64,000 bases of DNA from Pseudogymnoascus verrucosus (lineage: Eukaryota), in NCBI GenBank assembly GCA_001662655.1, contig KV460215.1. One strand, given 5' to 3'. The translations under genes were made by a program, and so were the position numbers. The notes below the pieces were generated by a model. The model saw only the letters and a program-made list of their open reading frames with translations, had not been told where the DNA came from and made no database searches. Shown here piece by piece: positions 61,499 to 64,000 of this stretch. Position 1 is the stretch's first letter; every line of letters starts with the position of its first letter.

Positions 61499-61724
61499 GG
61501 GTGAGGAGAGGGGTTTGGTTTGAGGTGGCATTTTGGGAAGCGAGGTGTTGGCACGTTTTGGTGCGACGTGAGATTTGGAGAGGCGGCACGTTTTGGTATG
61601 GTATGGCATTTGGAAAGCATGCTGTCAATATGCGTTCTTGCGTTAGTTTTGGAGGCGGATAGATTTCCTTTTGGGGAATATTCGTTTCTTGCATTAAATT
61701 AGAGGTCTGATAGACTTTTTTTTA

Positions 61725-61850
61725 GATAATATGTATATTTTATATTTTGTCTTATTTTAAATGCTCGGAGAATATTTCCCGAATTTACAGAAGTATATTT
61801 TATGTTTTTCCTTGTTTTAAATGCTCCGAGAATATTCCATGAATTTACAC
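61725..61850. repeat. Very AT-rich tandem duplication (about 60 nt unit) at the boundary of the right-hand block
   Basis: GTATATTTTAT.TTTT..CTT.TTTTAAATGCTC.GAGAATATT....GAATTTACA occurs twice. Confidence 0.75.
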
Positions 61851-62101
61851 TTCTTTAAATTAGGATAAGGGCATTAATAAATATTTTTAGATTTTGAATA
61901 ACTGACTTTAGTTGTGTTTAGATTTAATAGAAACTGGGCGAGTTAACGATAAGGTAGAGAGGGAATAGTTTTAAACTTCAACACAATCACTTTGAAACAG
62001 AGAATGATTGATTTTTGCTCTTTGCCATACATATTTGACGCTCCTGTGAACGTCTTTGAACTGAATAAAGGCGCTAGGCGCTATAGCCTACTTGATATAA
62101 T

Positions 62102-62793
62102 TTACGAAAGACATTTTCCAAGTTCTTCTATCCCCAAAGAGTCAATAAAACCGCGTTTAGCTGGAAGAGGTCCGCCTATCACGGCGCAAGAGTCAAAATC
62201 GACTAAGATTGCATTCTCGCTCTGTATTGTTGGGAACATGACATTGGATGCTTTGACGTCGTTATGGGCCAGATTGAAGCAGTGAAGATGGGCAATGGCT
62301 GCGCTGATCTGATTAACGACAAGTGCCTTGTTTATTAACAAACCTCTTGCCTTCCTTTCTTCAGCAGTCTCAGCATAGCGCTGAAAGCAAAGGCTGCAAT
62401 TCGGCCCTCTTGCACATAACATCCAAGATACCTAGCAACGTTTGGATGGGAGTTCTGCATCAAAATCTCGCATACGCGAGCCTCTTGAAGGATCAAATGA
62501 GCAAGAGCGGGAGTGCTGTCGTATGCAGTAAGACGGGGTTTCTTGATATAGATGTCAGGATTGGTAGGGTCGTCGCAGACGGTAAGACCCCCCTCAAGAA
62601 GTGGCCAAATGTGCCCCCGGAGAATCTTTTGGGGGTTGAGGGCATTGATGCTTTCGGTGTCGAGTTTAGGTCGGCGCTCTTTAGACTGACAAAAGAAGTA
62701 ATCTCCGCCGTCTTTAAAAACGATTTGTGTATAAAGATGTTCTGCTGGGTCTGTATCAAAACTCCACTGCTGAGCTGATCTCGCTACCTCCAT
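62102..62793 (-). pseudogene. Frameshifted small protein-kinase-like gene
   Basis: The N-lobe (YIKKP..QEARVCEILMQNSHPNVARYLGC..EGRIA) is in one frame. The C-lobe (LCFQRY..AIAHLHCFNLAHNDVKASNVM..ILVDFDSC) is in another, needing +1 nt near 62394, with no intron signals. The ORF ends soon after the DFD motif. Confidence 0.8.
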
Positions 62794-63538
62794 GTTGTAT
62801 GGGGATCTACGATAAAGTTCGTTGACAGACGGCTTTCGAGTTTTGGAAATTAGCTTTAAGGACCCACTTGTCGTGTTTTATAGAACAGGTATGTTTGTAA
62901 GTTGGAGCCTTTTCGCTGATTGATGGTCGAGAATTTTACTGTGATGTCGATATGCTACTAGACCAAACAGAACTCTATGTCATTTCCTGCGATGTAGAGC
63001 CTCTCTAGCACGTGTTTGCTTCTGTCCTCAGCCTGCAGCGATGATTGAAGGTATTGCGCGTTTAGAATGAATGGTGTTTCGAGTCGTAGTTATTTGAGGT
63101 TGCCGTCTAGACTCGTATTGAGTTCCGCAGATTGGGGAACCCCGGTGCATGTTTCCTAATGTTGTCCTGCAGCTAATGTCATGGTGCAGCTGCCTGCAGT
63201 ATCCCAACTGAAGGCTCAGCGCCAATGTATTTTCCTCAGTACCCCTCCCCAGCCTCGTTTCGTTTCTTGATTCTTGAACTTCATCTTTCTCTCAACTCTT
63301 TGTCCCTGGTCGAATCGAATTGTCTGAGACAGTTTGCGACCATCTTCGTGAGCGCGAGCTTCTCCATATGGGGTGCAGCATCACCTAGCAGGGGTACATA
63401 GGGTGTTGCAGCGAGCGATTATCCGCAGCCCTTCAGCTACAATTTTCTACTTGCAGAGCAGCATATTAGCTGAGGCGAATCCTTGGACAGCATATAGGAC
63501 TTTTCATAGCATCTAGGGCTGCTTGGCAGCTTGATATC

Positions 63539-64000
63539 ATGGTGCGCCTATCTACTAACACGCAAGAGGGTACACCGCCGACTGATAAACGCAATGACAG
63601 ACATCGAGCAGGCGTTTCTCCCACCTTGGTGCAGAAATAGTTGAAGAGGGGCACAATCCGACCATAGAGTAGTTATTCTAACCCGACATTATGGCCGTTT
63701 CTAACTTCTATTAGCATTGTTTTCGTTCACGGGCTCATGGGGAATCCTCGAACGACATGGACAGGCATTTCACCACCACCGAGTGCCGAAAGCGAACATA
63801 AAAGGTCGTTATGGCAGAAAATAACTCAAAAGAAATCACCGACGACGTGGGAATCACAACCCCAGCCGGTCTTTTGGCCGAAGGAATTCTTGCCGCGAGA
63901 TGTGCCGCACGCTAGAATCATCACGTACGGCTACGACGCGAAGGTGGTGGAATTGTTCCAGTCTGTCTCCCAAAACAGTCTCTATGCTATTTCTCGGGAC
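63539..64000 (+). CDS. 3'-partial alpha/beta-hydrolase (SesB/PGAP1-like) domain gene, typical N-terminus of fungal NACHT/NB-ARC proteins; intron 63669-63714; start uncertain
   Basis: Spliced translation HLGAEIVEEGHNPTIDIVFVHGLMGNPRTTW...FWPKEFLPRDVPHARIITYGYDA. The ATG at 63539 is out of frame with this by one base. Confidence 0.72.

Overview
This is fungal genomic DNA from a filamentous ascomycete, with GT-AG introns and CTRAC branch sites. The composition is reminiscent of Pseudogymnoascus/Leotiomycetes, but this is not provable here. The window holds about 20 spliced genes. Core-type genes encode an ER J-protein (Erj5-like), Yip3/PRA1, a GNAT acetyltransferase, kinesin-7 (KipA-like), a GPI-type Cu-only SOD, Lsm6, a Rad60/Esc2-like protein, DGAT2, a C2H2 transcription factor, an STK19-like protein and a histidine-phosphatase/PGM-like protein. 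Three compositionally different blocks interrupt them. (i) About 7-15.4 kb holds an F-box gene, a gag-like relic, a divergent orphan pair and a diverged repeat that begins exactly at two stop codons. (ii) About 27.4-35.9 kb holds a GH36 alpha-galactosidase, an alpha-glucoside MFS transporter and a Zn2Cys6 regulator. (iii) Beyond 61.7 kb are a frameshifted kinase-like pseudogene and the start of an alpha/beta-hydrolase (NLR-type N-terminus) gene. The most notable observations are an apparently obligatory AT-AC intron next to a 9-nt microexon, a 420-codon ORF starting 26 nt after the YIP3 stop, the shared post-stop repeat, and a truncated RCC1 paralog with an H3-like MARTK N-terminus. All exon models and family calls were made by eye, without database searches.
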